Shown here: piece by piece, positions 63,301-64,000 of the stretch
Layout of the letters: each line of letters begins with the position of its first letter
How positions within the stretch are numbered: position 1 is the first letter of the stretch
Assembly: GCA_032718475.1 (NCBI GenBank)
Contig: JAUCBJ010000933.1
Span: 24,055-88,054, forward strand
DNA: 64,000 nt
Direction: 5' to 3'
DNA from: Nemertoderma westbladi
Lineage: Eukaryota > Animalia > Xenacoelomorpha
The notes under the pieces: model-generated
Told to the model about the DNA's origin: nothing
What the model saw: the letters and a program-made list of their open reading frames with translations, nothing else
Database searches by the model: none
Position numbers and translations under genes: made by a program

Positions 63301-63636
63301 GGGATTGCTCGTTTTATCGAAAGTGGTTGTAATAAGTGACCTTGACTCATTCTTCAAGTTATATAATTTCTTGTAAAGAGTATTGATATCATTCTGCAAA
63401 ATTTTGTTACTAAGTTTCAGACCTATAATTGGGTATTGGTTCTGGATCGATCGACTGCGGTCAGTAATATATCTCGGTATAATAAGTTCTTTCCTACATT
63501 GTTTCAAAAAATGGATTTGGTGCGGTATCCTGCTGATGTGGTCGTGGATTCTGCAGAGTTTTGCCATACCTTTTGCTGCCCCTTGAGCGATGTGTAAATT
63601 AGATATAAAGCGGTAGGCTATTGCCAGTGGTTCCAT
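60373..63636 (-). CDS. Penelope-like element (Neptune-type) RT plus GIY-YIG endonuclease, 1087 aa, intact
   Basis: LLSLGKDF, KGDKSG, GRPIV, SLDIVDMYTNI, QTRGAAIGS, RYVDD, LPFLDV, Cys linker CKTPGCLTC...FNC, IIY...FYIGKT...ERVNGH. Confidence 0.95.
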   Translation of the reverse strand: MEPLAIAYRFISNLHIAQGAAKGMAKLCRIHDHISRIPHQIHFLKQCRKELIIPRYITDRSRSIQNQYPIIGLKLSNKILQNDINTLYKKLYNLKNESRSLITTTFDKTSNPSLLRFKAPLFQQLKYIRQHRHKVSEHTLRAKYEETEYRYRNRYRHKKDMHPRKINLSEPNIGSTQLQPIHLPVAKPTVINLSNYTLTQKEESLLSLGKDFRPSKKFNLDDIFKSHIRITKLATALRFNTRNIDTMNSRLTNYNHFAPGDPNKSRTQTSETLSNTDYATSTNTAQPNTIWSWISNPTTNAGNRFITSPSPIISEQSASTTNNPAIPTLPIVNNRRMEHTNELTDSKNRTTTKHMDNKLVSNFFRATKQNKLRNLPPKCDDETTEAMISELHREIDKIDMNNINKGYNSNLTSHERDTIKNLKTNKTIRICKGDKSGNLLIVNNSDYINECVRILKDKNTYTTIKEDPTARFRTALAKLLAECGLKDTNLYHPLLPKTSQISYFYITFKDHKERVSWIDWDNGKLIPKGRPIVATRGSLLAPLSSFANVLLEPVVNNLDSHLKGTDDFLEQLPNSVQDNCTLVSLDIVDMYTNIGHDIGCRALEQTLTEDASFQNQSIISVGDFIRIVRFILEHNYFQFRRTIYLQTRGAAIGSGFSKNYASLVISRFELHFLRILCSPLTLPYVQKRNVDADPDKRQNEPNITPTSSTPVCESIQSAQEQQATCEPYYKRYPFRFYKRYVDDTFAIINAFLNEDNIQTLLDAVNKSAHDFYGNQDIRFTIEYSHHTLPFLDVLTEVKRGVITTSLFRKPVSNKLPINYKSAHDKTQLLAVAKNQILRIYRRCSNPTDFTIHRDVYLGECLLRDYPKTIINQLRIWAPTTRIDDHENESEHNSGRFYLPCTAQLRNKFRSITKRHLHGSDLRINVVTINPDSLGQMLMNNKTIISTLRLGNHPCKTPGCLTCQHITNVSQTPWGANIHGRFNCKTHHIIYIAWCSLHTPSFYIGKTIQHLNERVNGHRNMVKNYPSKANDGKTHDDILLARHLYGCGMRCFRICAFKYFGNTVELLAAEGLLIKTHRPPLNVYQPTL

Positions 63637-64000
63637 TTAAATAATAATAAATTACCATAAGCAAAATATAGCATATAGGTAAGTATTAGGGGTCTACACT
63701 GGCTGAATATTGTAATGAAAACGCTGGATTTAGTGAACGTTTTCGCCCTACCGGGCTACGTCAGACCTATTATATTAATAAAGCATAATGGAGTAATTAA
63801 ATTCAATTCGAAATTCCCGCCACCTAAATAAAGCACTAATAGAATAGATAGTTCTAAGTAGGTCCTATATGTAATATAATATAAACAAAGTCGAAAACAA
63901 AATCAAAAAACAAAAGTCTCCAGAATAAAATAGATTTTTATCCAAACTTACATAAAGTAAAAATCTAATCGTGTCTCTAAGTAGCTCTCGTACTATTATT
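63597..64000 (-). repeat. 5' pseudo-LTR of the Penelope element (runs off the window)
   Basis: Direct repeat of 56967-57370. Confidence 0.9.
63731..63770 (-). ncRNA. Minimal type I hammerhead ribozyme motif (5' copy, ~95 nt upstream of the ATG)
   Basis: Same sequence as 57101-57140. Confidence 0.7.

Overview
Eukaryotic, invertebrate-animal-type genomic DNA dominated by transposons. Host genes: intronless ARFRP1 (26374-26979 +), intronless C19orf53/LYDG10-like (28070-28324 +), and a five-exon SoxC-like HMG-box gene on the minus strand (40854-49739) that the ORF track misses and that I assembled by hand from splice sites. Mobile DNA: a near-intact BEL/Pao LTR retrotransposon (1-9910), a decayed second BEL/Pao, a fragmented RTE-like LINE, tRNA-headed SINEs, many MITEs and Helitron-type elements, and a nested stack at the right end (DNA transposase < LTR element < intact Neptune-type Penelope element). 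The Penelope element carries a minimal hammerhead ribozyme and a 2.7 kb satellite. The most unusual signals: (1) dense, nested 8-bp scars of the form [5-bp duplication]-CAG/CTG-[5-bp duplication], matching a resident DNA transposon with CAG...CTG ends and a 5-bp TSD; (2) a ~42-copy minisatellite in the Sox intron built from that exon's own 5' splice site. All coordinates and counts were read by eye; no searches were run.
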